A DNA stretch of 64,000 bases. It comes from Saccostrea cucullata. Taxonomy: Eukaryota. Of the stretch, positions 37,201 through 49,920 are shown in pieces; positions within the stretch are counted from its first letter, which is position 1; each line of letters opens with the position of its first letter. The notes under the pieces are model-generated. The model did no database searches and was not told the DNA's origin. It saw nothing but the letters and a program-made list of their open reading frames with translations. The position numbers were made by a program, and so were the translations under genes. Location: the NCBI RefSeq assembly GCF_032062105.1, contig NW_026926521.1, forward strand, positions 1 to 64,000, in the 5' to 3' direction.

Positions 37201-38175
37201 ATTAAAACAATGCAAATAACTACTAAATCAATGAAAAATAATTTTTTAAAAAATATATCCTGTTCTACAACTTCTTTTCCAAGCAAAAACAATTATGGCT
37301 ATCACATTATTTTTAAATTAAAATTTTTAATTTTACAGTCTGGAATCTGTATAAAATATAATTATGTTCAATTATATGTTTTTTGCAGAGACTACCATCC
37401 AAACCCTAAGGGATTATCTGGGTCAATCCAGAGCTCAGAAAGAAATGATCAAAGGAGGACCAATGAAAGTCAGGAGAAGGTATGTTTAGAAAAATGCATT
37501 ACTGAATATTCACACTTTTAAAATTGATTTGAAAAAAATCCCCTGTATCTGAAATATTGAGAGTTAAAATATGGCTTGATTTTGTGTTTCACAGCCCAGG
37601 AGATCTTGATATCCTAGTGAAACAAGTAAGAGCTCAGTTGAAGAAAATTGCCATCACAGACAAGACGCGTGTTGATGAGATGTTCCTCAGATACAACAAG
37701 GACCGTAGCGGGTTTATTGATGCAGACAACATGAGAAATCTATGTCGTAGTTTACAATTACCAGTTGATGATGATGTCATAGGAGCTGTAAGTATTGAGT
37801 ATTGTGAAATCACTAATTTTCGTGGTTTTCAAGGTATGAAGAGACCCACAAATTTATGTCCACCATGAAATGCCATTTTTTACATATATTACTACTGAAC
37901 AATTCTTCAACCACGAAATCCCCATGAACCAATATTTTTCCTCAAACCACGAAAATGTGACCCCTTGAAAATATGTGATTTTACAGTATTAATATAAAAA
38001 ATGTTTAAATAATTTTCTAAGAATTTATTTTAAATTTTTTTACTGTGACACATCTTTTAAAAACTAAGATCTTTTACTCTCTTTTTTTTTTTTTTAGCTT
38101 ATTGCGCAGTGCACATCTGACCCTGAAGGAAAAATCAGCTTAGAGGACTTCAGAAGATTTGTAGAAAGTTCATGA
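34221..38175 (+). CDS. EFHC1: EF-hand domain-containing protein 1 (Rib72/myoclonin; three DM10 domains plus EF-hand)
   Basis: N-terminus [16 protein letters not shown]; three VLRF-initiated DM10 repeats ([23 protein letters not shown]; [12 protein letters not shown]; [28 protein letters not shown]); EF-hand [10 protein letters not shown]; stop TGA 38173-38175. Confidence 0.95.
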
Positions 38176-38688
38176 AGAAATATCTGTTTATTAAACTATT
38201 TACTGTGATATGTGACTATGGAATCTTTTTTCATTGCAATACAGATATGGATTCTGTCCCAAAACCAATCTTCAGTTTATATGTACATACTGTTAGGATA
38301 TTTTACAAATCAGGATTTAAAATGTGCTGTACACTTGTCTTACACCAAGGAAGAACCAGAAAGTTGAAGCATTTACTGTTTTTTAATCATTTAATTGTTT
38401 TTGAAATGACAGTCACCAAAAAAGGGAGACAAAACCTATATTTCTCTCATCATATAAAATTATTGTAAAAATATTGATGTGAATATTAAATTATTAAAAA
38501 TTGAAAAATAATAACATGACTTGAGTTGTATGTAGCAAGTGGGACAAAAACAAAAGAGCAATCAAAATACACAAGCATTTAGACTTGTCAAATATAAAAT
38601 TTATTCTACCGGTACATTTCCCTCGAAATGCTTATCTTCTGATTTTGCACTATAAAAAATAAGATCCCATGTGAAAAAAATATTAAAA

Positions 38689-41600
38689 TTAAGGATCTAT
38701 GTTGTCTTTGAGTCTGGAAACAACTGAGTCCATGGAAACAAGAAGGTAAAGAGAGTTTGTGGAAGGGTCCTGGAAGGCATCTGCAATAATCCTAACTGCC
38801 TCACGGTGGTCCACATTAAACAAGGACAGACCATTCACTTCTAAAATCGTGTGTCCACATTTCAGGCCTCCTGATTCAAACGCTGATCCCCCATGCTAAA
38901 AGAAAAGACTATGTTTAAGAACTTGCAAACAGGGGGTATTAAAAAAAAATCAGGATTTGCTCTTATTTATAATGCCATTCTCAAGACGTATACCCATTTA
39001 CAAATGCTTGAAATTGTTTTGAAATCCATACAAAATTTCTAATGCCAGAAAAAAAATTGTCTTTGTGTGACTGTCAATTGATGCAAACCTTTAACCTTGA
39101 GAAAATATTAGAGCACATGCTATTGGTTTATTGTACCTGTACATGCATGACTTTTTATTAATCTTTAAAACATGTTAAATATTTATAATGTTTTCTTAAT
39201 ACATCCTTATTTAATATTTTGTGAATTTTATATACCTGAATACTTATGACTTTTGGAATTGGCTGACGAGTGTTATGGCCACCCTCTATAGCAACACCAA
39301 GTGTGGGCTTTGTCTTGTAAATCATGACAAGATTCAGGGAAATGTCTCCATATTTCTTTTTGGCACTGGCCAACAGTGATTCCTCCTAAAATTAAACAAT
39401 TTTTATATCAGTGCTTGTTACAAAATAAATTTTGTAACAAATTAACCTAAGGATACAATCATATAAACAAAAACACTAAAAATGTTGTAGACATTGATTT
39501 CACAAAATGATACCGGTAATTAATTTTCTAAAAAGAAAATGTGTTCATTTGCCTTTGCATCTTTATGCTTTACATTGCAACTTTGCACTTTTGCTCTTGG
39601 CCTTCGAAACATTGCACTTTTTGCCTTAGAGCAACTTTACACTTGCATTTTTGCTCAAAGGCAAGAGTGCATCAACATAAGAGGCCCCAATGGAATATAG
39701 AGTTTAAACTTGTAGACTTTACCTTTGTAGACTGATGTGAATTGTGGAGCTGTATTTGTTATAAAATTACTTATATAGACACTTAGAGGGGTAATATTGA
39801 ATATACAAGGTCCATGAAAAATGCTTATTGTGCTTGGCTGACACCTCATATATTTCTGTATTACCCCTCTATTAAAGTGTCTTCATAACAAATTTATCAT
39901 GTCAAAGATTTTAAAAAAAGAAGTTTATTTTCTCTGAGTTAAGTAAACCGTTCTGTAACAAGTATTGATATTAAATTTCAGGATAAAAGTACATTTTGGA
40001 AAATATGTCAGTACATGATACCCTGCCCCCCTCCCCTCCCCTTATGGTTATAATTGCAAAGTCCATTTTTTGCTCTAGGAGACGCAAAATATGCTGCAGA
40101 TAAAAAAGTAAAATACACTTTACATAAATGAGGTGCAACGAGGCACCATAAAAAAAGATTCTGTGAAAGTCTCATCCAGTGATAAATGAGGAGTTGCAGT
40201 TAAGAGATAGGTATCCAAAAGCATAATATACAGATAGACAGACTTCTCTATCCCTCTCAACTTTCCTCCACTCTCTCTCTCTCCCTCCACTCTCTCCCTC
40301 CACTCTTACTCTCTCCCTACACACTCTCCTTCCACTCTCACTCTCTCCCCACTCTCTCTTTCTCCCCAAACTCTCCCTCCACTCTCTACCTCTCCCATTC
40401 TCCCCCTCCACTCTCACTCTCTACCCCTCCACTCTCATTCTCCCCCCCACTCTCCACAATCTTCCCCTCCACTCTCTCCCCACACTCACCCCACACTCTC
40501 CCTTGTCTCTCACTCTCTCCAATCTCTCTCCCCACACTCCACTCTCCCTCCCCCCAGAGACACTTTCTCTCTCTTTCTACAGTCTCTTTCTCACCATTCT
40601 GTCTCTCTCTCTCTCCAACTCTCTCTTTCACCCTACTCTCTCCATTCTCTCTCTCCCTAAACTCTCTACCCACACTCTTTTCCCCTCTCTTTACCCACTC
40701 TCTACCAATACAGAGAGTTGTTCAGAGTGGAGATAGATTTCCACCCTCTTCGGAGGAAGAGAGCAGAGAATGTAAGGAGAGGTTCCACTCTCTTAGCAGA
40801 AGAGAGTGGAGAGAAAGAAGAGAGGCAAATTTCTCCCCTACTCGTCTTCCCTCCCTACATTCAGTCTTACCAAACATTCCCTTTTCCCCCACTTTCTCAC
40901 TCTCTCTTTCTTTTTTTTTTTTTTGTTTGTCTGTCTAATTTATTTATGTGAAATAAGCTATCTATATGCATAAAACTTTGATATTTTATAGTTTATTTCC
41001 GATAAAATCAATGGGGAAAATTTATTTTACAACAAAGACAAAAAAGAAAATAAGGATTTTCTATACATTATTCTTGGTCTTTTTATTTTAAAATGTATTT
41101 TACAGATTTGTTTAATTATGGAAAAAATGAATGCAATTTAAAGTGATAAGGTCAATAACTTCACATAATAGAAAGAATTTCTTCCCGAATCACAAGACCA
41201 TCTGGATATCATTAATTTGTTGTACCATTTTTAGTGAGCGACTGATACCCTAAATCATTCACATGCAGAATACACGTCTAAAAACTATATTTCTTTTGAT
41301 GTATACATACATACTAGTACACATACACTCTCTCTTTCCCTTGTATGCATTCAGTTAAGTTTAATTCTACTTTTTATAATTTTTGTCCTATTCAAATATC
41401 CTGTCGTTGCATTGAATGTTAGCCAAAATGCACTTTCTTATTTTCTCTTTGCATATATAATATTCGTTTGTGTTTCATTAAAATGCGTACTGTCAATAAT
41501 CTTACATGTAACCTATACGGTTGCATGGTTCTACTCTATTGAACGCGGATTTCAACCTTACATTTTTGAAAGGGCAGTGTTAAATGATTGACCGTTAGGC

Positions 41601-43349
41601 CATCAGTGTAATTTGAGTAAATGTTCACCTAATTACGGGCCCTAGCCATGCTTCTGGGGGAAAAAACAATCACTCAATTAAGAAATAGAGCCATTTAATC
41701 AAAAAAGAGAGTCATAAAAAATATGGGCTAAAAGTGTGTTTACATATGCCTCCGTTGCGCATAGCGCGCCCTCATCCAAGCCACGTAACGCTATAGAGAT
41801 AAAAAATTGTAAATCACAAAACTCTTAAAACAAGCATTCAATTCTAAGTATAAAGAACGGATTTAAATTATGAAAAGAACCGGGGTGAAAGAGTGGGTGC
41901 AAACATTAAAAAAGTTTAAAAGTTTCGCGAATATACACGAAAGTTGCGTAACTTTTCCATTTTTGCGTTATGAAGCGGAACTTTTGCGAATAAATGCGAG
42001 TTATGTTCGCTAATAAGGCAAATTTTCTTTCTCAAATAAACGCAAAACTTTCACGTTATAAGGATCGAGAAACTTCCTTGAATAAAAGCGAAACCTTTGC
42101 AAAAATGCGCAGAACTTCTGCTTATTTATAAACGCAAAACTTTCGCAAAAATACGCTAAAATTTCGCTTGAAACGCGCAACTTTCGCAAAAAGATGTTTT
42201 TCTCTTTACAACTACAACACTTAACTTTCGCGAAATAAACGCGAAATGTTTGCGTTTTAACGCGTAACCTTCGCATTTTTACGCGAATATTTTGCGTTAT
42301 AACGCACAACTTCAGCGAACTAACGCGAAGCTAATGTGGAATTGCCTACTCCTGTTATGGTCAACGGTGGAAAACTATGCCAGACAGACTTTATTTACCT
42401 GAGTAGCATCATTAAACCAGAGGAGGGTATCCACATAAAGTACAGCTGACTATAGGCAAAGCCATAAGCGTATTTAGAGAAATGAGTAAGATTTTGAGAT
42501 CTGTACAGTTCAGCACCAAGATGAAGTCCTACCAGAGCTTTGTTATATCAACTCTCCTGTATGGATCGGAATGCTGGAGAATAAGAGAGACAGATCTTTA
42601 CGATCCTTCCACATCGCCTGTCTCCGCAGAATACACAGGATTTTCTGGCCTGGGAAGATTACAAATGTAGACCCGCTGAGAAGGCGCAAACAAGAGGACA
42701 TGGGTACCATCATTACCAAACGCTGATGGAGATGGAAAAGATCCCCAGTCAACAATGACATCACTGCATCGGACCCCCAAAGAGCAAAAGAAAGAGAGGG
42801 AGGCCTAGAACATCAAGGCGAAGGACATTGAAAGTGAGATGAAAGCTATGCACCAGACCTAGGGACCATTGACGAGAATGGCGAAGAATAGACAAGAGTG
42901 GGGGAAGTCTGCTGCTGCCCTCCACACAACAGGGTGTAAAGGACTGATGATGAAATGCGCTCAATGGGCTTCCATACTTGCTAAATAAAAATTTACTGAA
43001 TGGAAAGATTAACCCATACCGCCCTCTCCGCTTATTAGATGGGTACATCATACTCACCATTCACTTTACTTATTTTACTAAACCAAAAAAATCTTAATAT
43101 ATTGAGCATCCTATACGTTAACTTTACAAATGTCCTTATTTTTTTATTAATTTAAAAAATCATTGCAATTCTTCACGACAAATTCAAAACCATCAGTTCG
43201 TATAGTAAAATCCCCCCCCCCCAATAAACCCCTACTAGAACCTTTCATTAACCCACCTTTTCTTTTGCTTCAATGACAGCTAAATCCACGTAGGAGAGGT
43301 AAGAAGGGCGCGGGATCTTGATAGGCGTGATATCCAGACATCCATCCAT
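38689..43349 (-). CDS. Small single-PDZ protein (149 aa), PDZ most like whirlin/PDZD7 PDZ3
   Basis: Exons 43349-43257, 39385-39236, 38895-38689, all phase 0; TLGVAIEGGHNTRQPIPKVISIQ-HGGSAFESGGLKCGHTILEVNG...HREAVRIIADAF; first exon is less certain than the two PDZ exons. Confidence 0.75.
40240..40705 (+). repeat. CT-rich low-complexity polypyrimidine tract
   Basis: ~460 bp of ctct/ccact/ctccc motifs with almost no G on the plus strand. Confidence 0.85.
41920..42332. repeat. Degenerate short-subrepeat region (aactttcgc/aaacgcg motifs), probably transposon-derived
   Basis: Repeated CpG-rich ~20-bp motifs in an AT-rich background. Confidence 0.45.
42360..42953 (+). mobile_element. Degenerate 3' fragment of an RTE-like LINE
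   Basis: Broken frames give STLLYGSECW, CLRRIHRIFWP, KRKRGRPR typical of RTE-clade C-termini; ends in a tgatgatga tail. Confidence 0.7.
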
Positions 43350-43402
43350 TGGTACATGTGTAAGGCTATTGATCAACCTCTACTAGGTAGTAAGCTTACA
43401 TA

Positions 43403-43416
43403 GTTACCGTGGTAAC
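43403..43416. promoter_or_regulatory. RFX X-box
   Basis: GTTACCGTGGTAAC, one mismatch from GTTNCCATGGNAAC, ~54 bp upstream of the predicted ATG of the small PDZ gene. Confidence 0.65.
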
Positions 43417-44089
43417 AATTTCCAGGTATACAAGAATAAAATCAATGATTTGCAGTATCCAGTGCCACAAACGATTACTTTAAAGGATAATATTTGTTAA
43501 ACAATATAAACTAATTGTAAATTTTTGAGATAAGTATTTGAAAGACTAGTATATGTATCACATGCGCGGATCTAAAAAGTGAAAAGGAAGGAGGTTGAGA
43601 GAGACACCCCCCCCCCCCCCAAAAAAAAACGGATTTTGAAATGTAAATTAATTTTTGAGTAAAAGAAATGAAAAAATGGCAAGAAGACAGATCCCTCATA
43701 ATATGCTAAGAATAAATGAATATCTCGCTATTTTAAGTTGATGTGGAAACATCCCCCCAATTGATGCGGACCCACCAGTTTTGTGGGAAAAATCTTGGAT
43801 CAGCACTTACATAAGACTTTCTAGTGCATGATTTAACACGAGTAGTAATTTGAGTACAATCATTCCTATTCAAGTATTTCTGATCAATATGCTTTTTTTT
43901 CAAATATTGTTAGGTTGTTTTGTCCATTTTACTTCTCTCTCTTCATTCTTCCCTTTATCGATTTTTTGCCCGTAAAAAATACCAAGAAAGATGTTAAACT
44001 CAGAAGTATGATAATTTATTTTCAAACTAAAATTTTATAGGATCGATATCCACTCAGAACAGTCAGGGTGGCGGATCAATCCATGCTGC

Positions 44090-47000
44090 CTAGCGCCGGG
44101 AGCGTGGGGAGTCACCAGGCGAACGTTGACCGCCTTTTTTGTTTTTTCCAGCACGCTTACACAGGCAGAATGTGAAACCAAGTCCAAGTAACTGACAAAA
44201 TAAAACAAATAAATATGTCATTTTAAAAGAGGAATTGAAAAGTTGAAATGCAGCTTTTTGAAACATTTGAGACGCTAGGAAGAGAAACTTAAAATTTCCG
44301 TGATTCTACATATAGTTTAATACTCTGTAATAATCAGAAAAGACGGTTATTTACAAAAACAGGTACTCAATCACATATTGTTGTTTAATTTGTTTGTGTT
44401 CGTTTTTTAATATACCTGGAAAAGGGCCACACTGATGCCAAATCCTCCCAGCATATCGACATTGGATTGGATCCACGTTAGCATCTTGGTATAACAACCC
44501 TACAACATTATACACCAGATTCATTTGCATTCAGTTCAGTTGTCTGGGTTCTAGAGATTTTGTATATATTTAATACATTTTCTAGACGAAACAGTGATTT
44601 ACGTTAACTTTCAAGTTTATTGCGCACCCCCCTCTCCGCCACTGATACAAGGTTCATCAAGGTTTATTTTTGCTTTAATTGTTCTTATCGGAAATTTTTG
44701 AAACGTCACTTTCATCAGGATGAAAGATCTATGAAATGTGGCTATTAAACTTTCGTATGTGTGAACATCATTAGTGAAATCCATATATACCGATTATACC
44801 CACTGACATAATTGTACTAATTTAACAGTTGCTCGTACCTGTGAGTAGATGGTGCTATTGTTGATGGCCGCATTGCAGCCGTTGGCGTTCCTGTCTATAC
44901 AGCAGGACACAGGCACAGCCGCACTGGAGTTGAAGTAGGTGGCGTTATTCCAATCACTTGGTGAATTGAAACCGCAGCACTCAAACTGTGGAAGACAAAA
45001 AGTAACATTATACTTTGTAGAAAGATACATTATATTGAAAAAAAAAAAATAAACATTTTTGATAATCAGAAGTTATAAATTACAAGATACACATTATATT
45101 TACTTCCTTAAAGAAAATCTGTAAAAATATATGTATTTCATATTTAATATATAAAGTTGCTTATCATTTACTATCGAAAAAACAATTTTTCACATCGAAT
45201 TTTACTTAGCATAAAAACGTATATATATACCGGTGAAGGGCGTGTATGGTTTCATTAGTATTTTATGCAGCAAACCTTTGAAGTTTAAAATACTCGGCAC
45301 ACAGGGCCATTGAGCAGTGAGGAATCCTTATCGTGCCAACGCCTACCGTGACAAGGGGGTTCGATTTTTAAGGTCTCATCCGAAGGGCTCGCATCTTTCA
45401 TTCAAAATGCCGAGCGCATGGTGAAGGAACAGTTGCTACCATTTTTTATATTGACTAGGGTAAGTCGCGACCGAGATCCAAACTCACGATCTTTCGATTA
45501 CGGAGCCAGCCAATTTAGAAAGGATGAACCAAAATACATATACTACTAAACATAGTCTTTGGATATATCTTTTTTTTGAACAACAATTATTTACCCCCCC
45601 TCGACGTTTTCAAGCTTAAGGTCCATACCTCCATTTGCAGTTCATCCACAGCTAAAGTGACCAGGTTGTACTCTTTGCGTCCATACTTGCTGCTTATTGT
45701 ATCCTTGACTTTACTTGTCAAAAATGGCTCCAGCTAAAAGACACAATAATTTTTTTTAAGTTCCAAACCACATTTTATTTAGAACATATTACAAGAGAAT
45801 GAATAAAAATTGCTTCTATTTTCAATCTACTTCTAGCAATAAAAATGAATCAGGTACCTGTCCGTAGAAGAGGAACCCCACAACACCTGCTGCAGCCTCT
45901 AATATGAAGGTGATTAACAGGACCGTAAAATACTGAAACAAAGCAACAATTTCGACAGTATTACATGTACATGTATATTCAAGTCACGTAATACATGGAA
46001 CATAGTGACTGAGATTTATGCAATTGTTTTGGATCATATGCTCATATATGAGTCTGTCTCTAATATTATGCTGAGCTATTTTGACAACATAGTTCTGTTT
46101 ATTGTGTTGCAATTTTCAGCTGAATTTTCAGTGAAGCCTTTTGAAAATTATAAAGCTGACATTGATCTTACGAAGATCAGAAGACATTTGTTCTCGACTA
46201 ATGCACCAAAACACCCCGCCATGGACACCAAGATGACAGCTCCCCCCGCTGCTAGTAACAGGTAAGCCCCGCTCTCCATCAAGTTCTCTCCGACCAGGGC
46301 TCCAAACTGCTCACCATTGGCGATGGTATAAGCACCCATGGCGGCGACTCCCATGCCACAAAGCTGAAAGTGATAAAATTAAAACAGAATTTGATAATAT
46401 TTGTGACCAAAATCAAAACAAGGGCTGTCATCAGCTTTTTTGAGGGTCGGTGGGGAAAGGGAGAGAGTTTATATAGACCTTTACACGAGAGACTCTACCG
46501 TAAGGCATTCTAGGATATTGTCCTGGAATTCATTTGACTCTTTAAAAAATGTGTGAACACATTCTAGCAGTATCAAGTTAATCTTCATGTTTTAGTATCA
46601 ATTTTTAAGTTTTAGAGCTGAATGTGTCCTAATTTTTTACCTTTATCTGTCCTTGAAAAGTTATCCTTCTTTGCCTTTAATCAATAAAAATAAATATTTT
46701 AAAAAATCTATCTTGTGAAAAATTAGTATTTAATTTTTTTTATTCTTAGAAATTATATACCATAGCATTTTTAGTATTTAAATTTTTATTTTCAAAAATT
46801 TGCTTGCTTCCCTAGACCTCAATGCATTCTTCATTAATTAATTACTGCTCAGGTAATTATATTTTTGAAAATTTCCCCTAGTAAATCATCTTCTATTCTA
46901 AACTGCTTTGAATTGGTTTCAGAGTATTCAATACAGGATGAATATTTAAAATTAGAAAATTATGTCATAATATGGGTCGGTAGTACCTTAAGGAAAGGGG

Positions 47001-47404
47001 CAGCAAAAAGAGCGACTAATCTGACATTTCTTATGCCAGTTATGGCCTTAAATTTCAAAAGTCATAACTGTTTTTTCTTTAACTAAATCAACTGTGCATA
47101 AGAGTGAAATTTAAGTTGAAAATTTATTGATGATGTTTATTAAAATTTAAAACTAAATAGGCCTATATATTAGATCTATTGTCAGGTCCTAGTGTCTTTC
47201 CACAAATTTTATTTAAAAATAAACTTTTTGTTATGACTACTTGCCAAGCGAGTCATCCCCCAATATAATAAAAATATTGTCCCCAATTATTTGTTCATAG
47301 CACACGTTCAAAGAGTGTCAAAAATTAGACGTGTCACTAGTACTTACCAGAAATAGAAAATTGAAAATAACCACCACGTATTTCACTAATGTCATCGATG
47401 TCAT
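44090..47404 (-). CDS. Tetraspanin, 7 coding exons
   Basis: VKYVVVIFNFLF (TM1); GCFGALVENKCLL; FECCG and VPVSCC in the large loop; GC before TM4; exons 47404-47348, 46363-46172, 45933-45859, 45734-45630, 44985-44839, 44499-44416, 44191-44090. Confidence 0.92.
45229..45505 (-). mobile_element. Probable SINE fragment (common bivalve interspersed repeat)
   Basis: accggtgaagggc...gccattgagcagtgagg...aaggtctcatccgaagg; a related degenerate copy lies near 49990-50190. Confidence 0.4.
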
Positions 47405-48221
47405 GATAGTACCTTTAAATCTGCAAGTATAATATTTGTCACGATAATAAATTCATTTATGAACCATTTATTTTATAAATTTTGACTCTGAATTTTAGGA
47501 AATTCAATATATTGTCCATTTTTGGTTTCTTTATTTGTTCTTTTCCACGTTTTTGGCAAAAATGTGAAAAAGAACAAATAAACAAACAAAAACATTTTTG
47601 CTTCACAATCCAAATGAATGAAGGCTGGATTCGTTGATCTCAAACATTCTTTCAACAGAAATTGAAACCTAATTTCAGGTACATTCCTACCATGGAAAAC
47701 TTACGTTGATGCTGAGACTTTTCAAAACTTGGCAACGTTCAACTTTATAAAAGTCAGGGTTGCAAACACGCTTGAATATTAGGGACTCGGACACGAACTC
47801 ATTCATTTTGCACGGCCTCAAATCTGACAACGAGATGCTCACATAAGATTGGTAGTCACGGTATACCGTATGGACCATGAATCTTAACAGATTTGAAATT
47901 TCGCGCAATGCGAAACTAAGGACGAAAATATATGTCACGGTCAAGGATATTCTTTATAAACTGGGACGGAGACGTCCAACTCTGAGCAGCAACTTATCAT
48001 ACAACACGCACGTGCACGTTGGAGCTGCAAAGAAAAGAAATCAAGACAAACTCATCTGCGTATGCAAAGAAGGTGTTGCATAAAAAATATTTTTGAAGCT
48101 ACACGTGCATGATATCGTCAACTAGGCCTGTCAACGATAACGCACTATTTGACCGAATTTACTCGGAGATAGGTCGAAAATTTTAGAATCAAGACGACAC
48201 GTGTATGATTTTAAAGAAGAA

Positions 48222-49882
48222 ATGTCAACCACGAGAGACAAGCAAATAATATTGAAATTGGGCAGTAAAGGACGTGTGCCAGCACTAGGATTTGGAACAT
48301 ATGCCCCTAGAGAGGTAAGCCTTGAGAACAATATCCATGGCATGGGAACGCATATACATGTAATATTAACTTTGTGACCTCAGTCAAGTGCTGGTATTTT
48401 CACTTGATAAACATGATAAACAACAGTTTGCAATTTTTCACTATAAGGCCATCCTTAAAAAATTGTTTGTGGAATTTTCACTTGAAAATAAACATGACAC
48501 TATAAACAACATGTAATGGGTAAAAAAAAAGTTAAAAAAAAAATCTTCCTACTTTTGCAAATTTTCACTACAATTCTATAGTATTTAAATCAAGTTAAGA
48601 TATAATATTTAATAATGTTTTTAACAGTGAAAAAATTGAAAATTTTTATTTTGGCTATAAAAATCATATATGTAAAAAGGAATAACTTTTGGTTAGCAAG
48701 TTTTTTGACCTAGATTGACATCCCAAACTTCATGTAATTCAACAACCAGGTAAACAAATTAAAATAGAATAAGACCAAAAATTAGATATTAAGTCAGGTG
48801 TCATCAGATAGTACATGTAGTAGTCTAGACTCGGCTTTTATCAGGTTAAAATATGTTCATATACCTGTATACTTGTCTTGCTATCTCAAGATTGTTTTAT
48901 TTATGAAATTAGACTGTACATGGAGATAAAAATAAATGCAATTGACCGGCTATCATTAACACTATACTGTCACCTGCATCATGTGCAGTGGACAGAGTGT
49001 TTGCTGTAAGGTTATGAAATAAGATGATCGTTACATCAAGGGATGAAGAACCACTGCAGGACATGAAGATCATTTTTTCCTCCATCTGGCTTCAAATGAG
49101 ACAATAAATGTAAATGTTGGTCTGATGTCACAGTACAATTATGTAGGTGATGGCACAAAAAGCTCCCTCACTGCTCAAATGCCCCAGGTGAAATCTCTTT
49201 ATAAGTGAAAAATTCTTTGATTTTTCGCATACATACCGCAAAAAAGTCGGGGGAAGATAAAATGTGATACCATGGGCATCCCGTGAAGGCTTTTGAGCAG
49301 ATTTAATCAGAGATGCATGGAAGTTGCTTCTAGTATGTTTCTTTGTAGCAGTCAAGGTTACAGATGCTGCAAGGTCAACTTTAAACTATAACATGTATAA
49401 GTTAACTATAAAGCCTATATTGACCAAACTTGCATGGATGATATCTAAGGAAGTACAATACCAGGCTTGCTTCGGATGTTAGATCAACTGTACATTTTCT
49501 TTTCTAGATGAGTGACCGGGTAAAAGTTTTTGGAGCATTCTCATTTCCAAGTTACTAATAAGCTCTATGTTGACCAAACTTGCAAGGATGATACATCTAA
49601 GAATTGCACTACCAAGCTTGTTTTGGATGCAGTATCTGACATACATTTTCCAGAAAAGCATATTTGGAGCAGGTCCATTCCCAAGTAACCATAAGCTCTA
49701 TGCATGTATTGACCAAACTTGCATGGATGGTACATCTAAGGATGCACTTTACCAAGCTTGCTTCAGATGCTGGGTCTGACTCACATTTTCTAGAAAAGTA
49801 ATCAGGTTTTTGGAGCAGATCCATTCCAAAGTTACTATAAGACCTACCTATGTTTCAATGATTTCATGTATGAGTTGACTTA

Positions 49883-49920
<38 letters not shown>

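Noticed and set aside
40172-40951. Glu/Arg/Gly-rich and Ser/Leu-rich ORFs
   Set aside because: Translations of the CT low-complexity tract.
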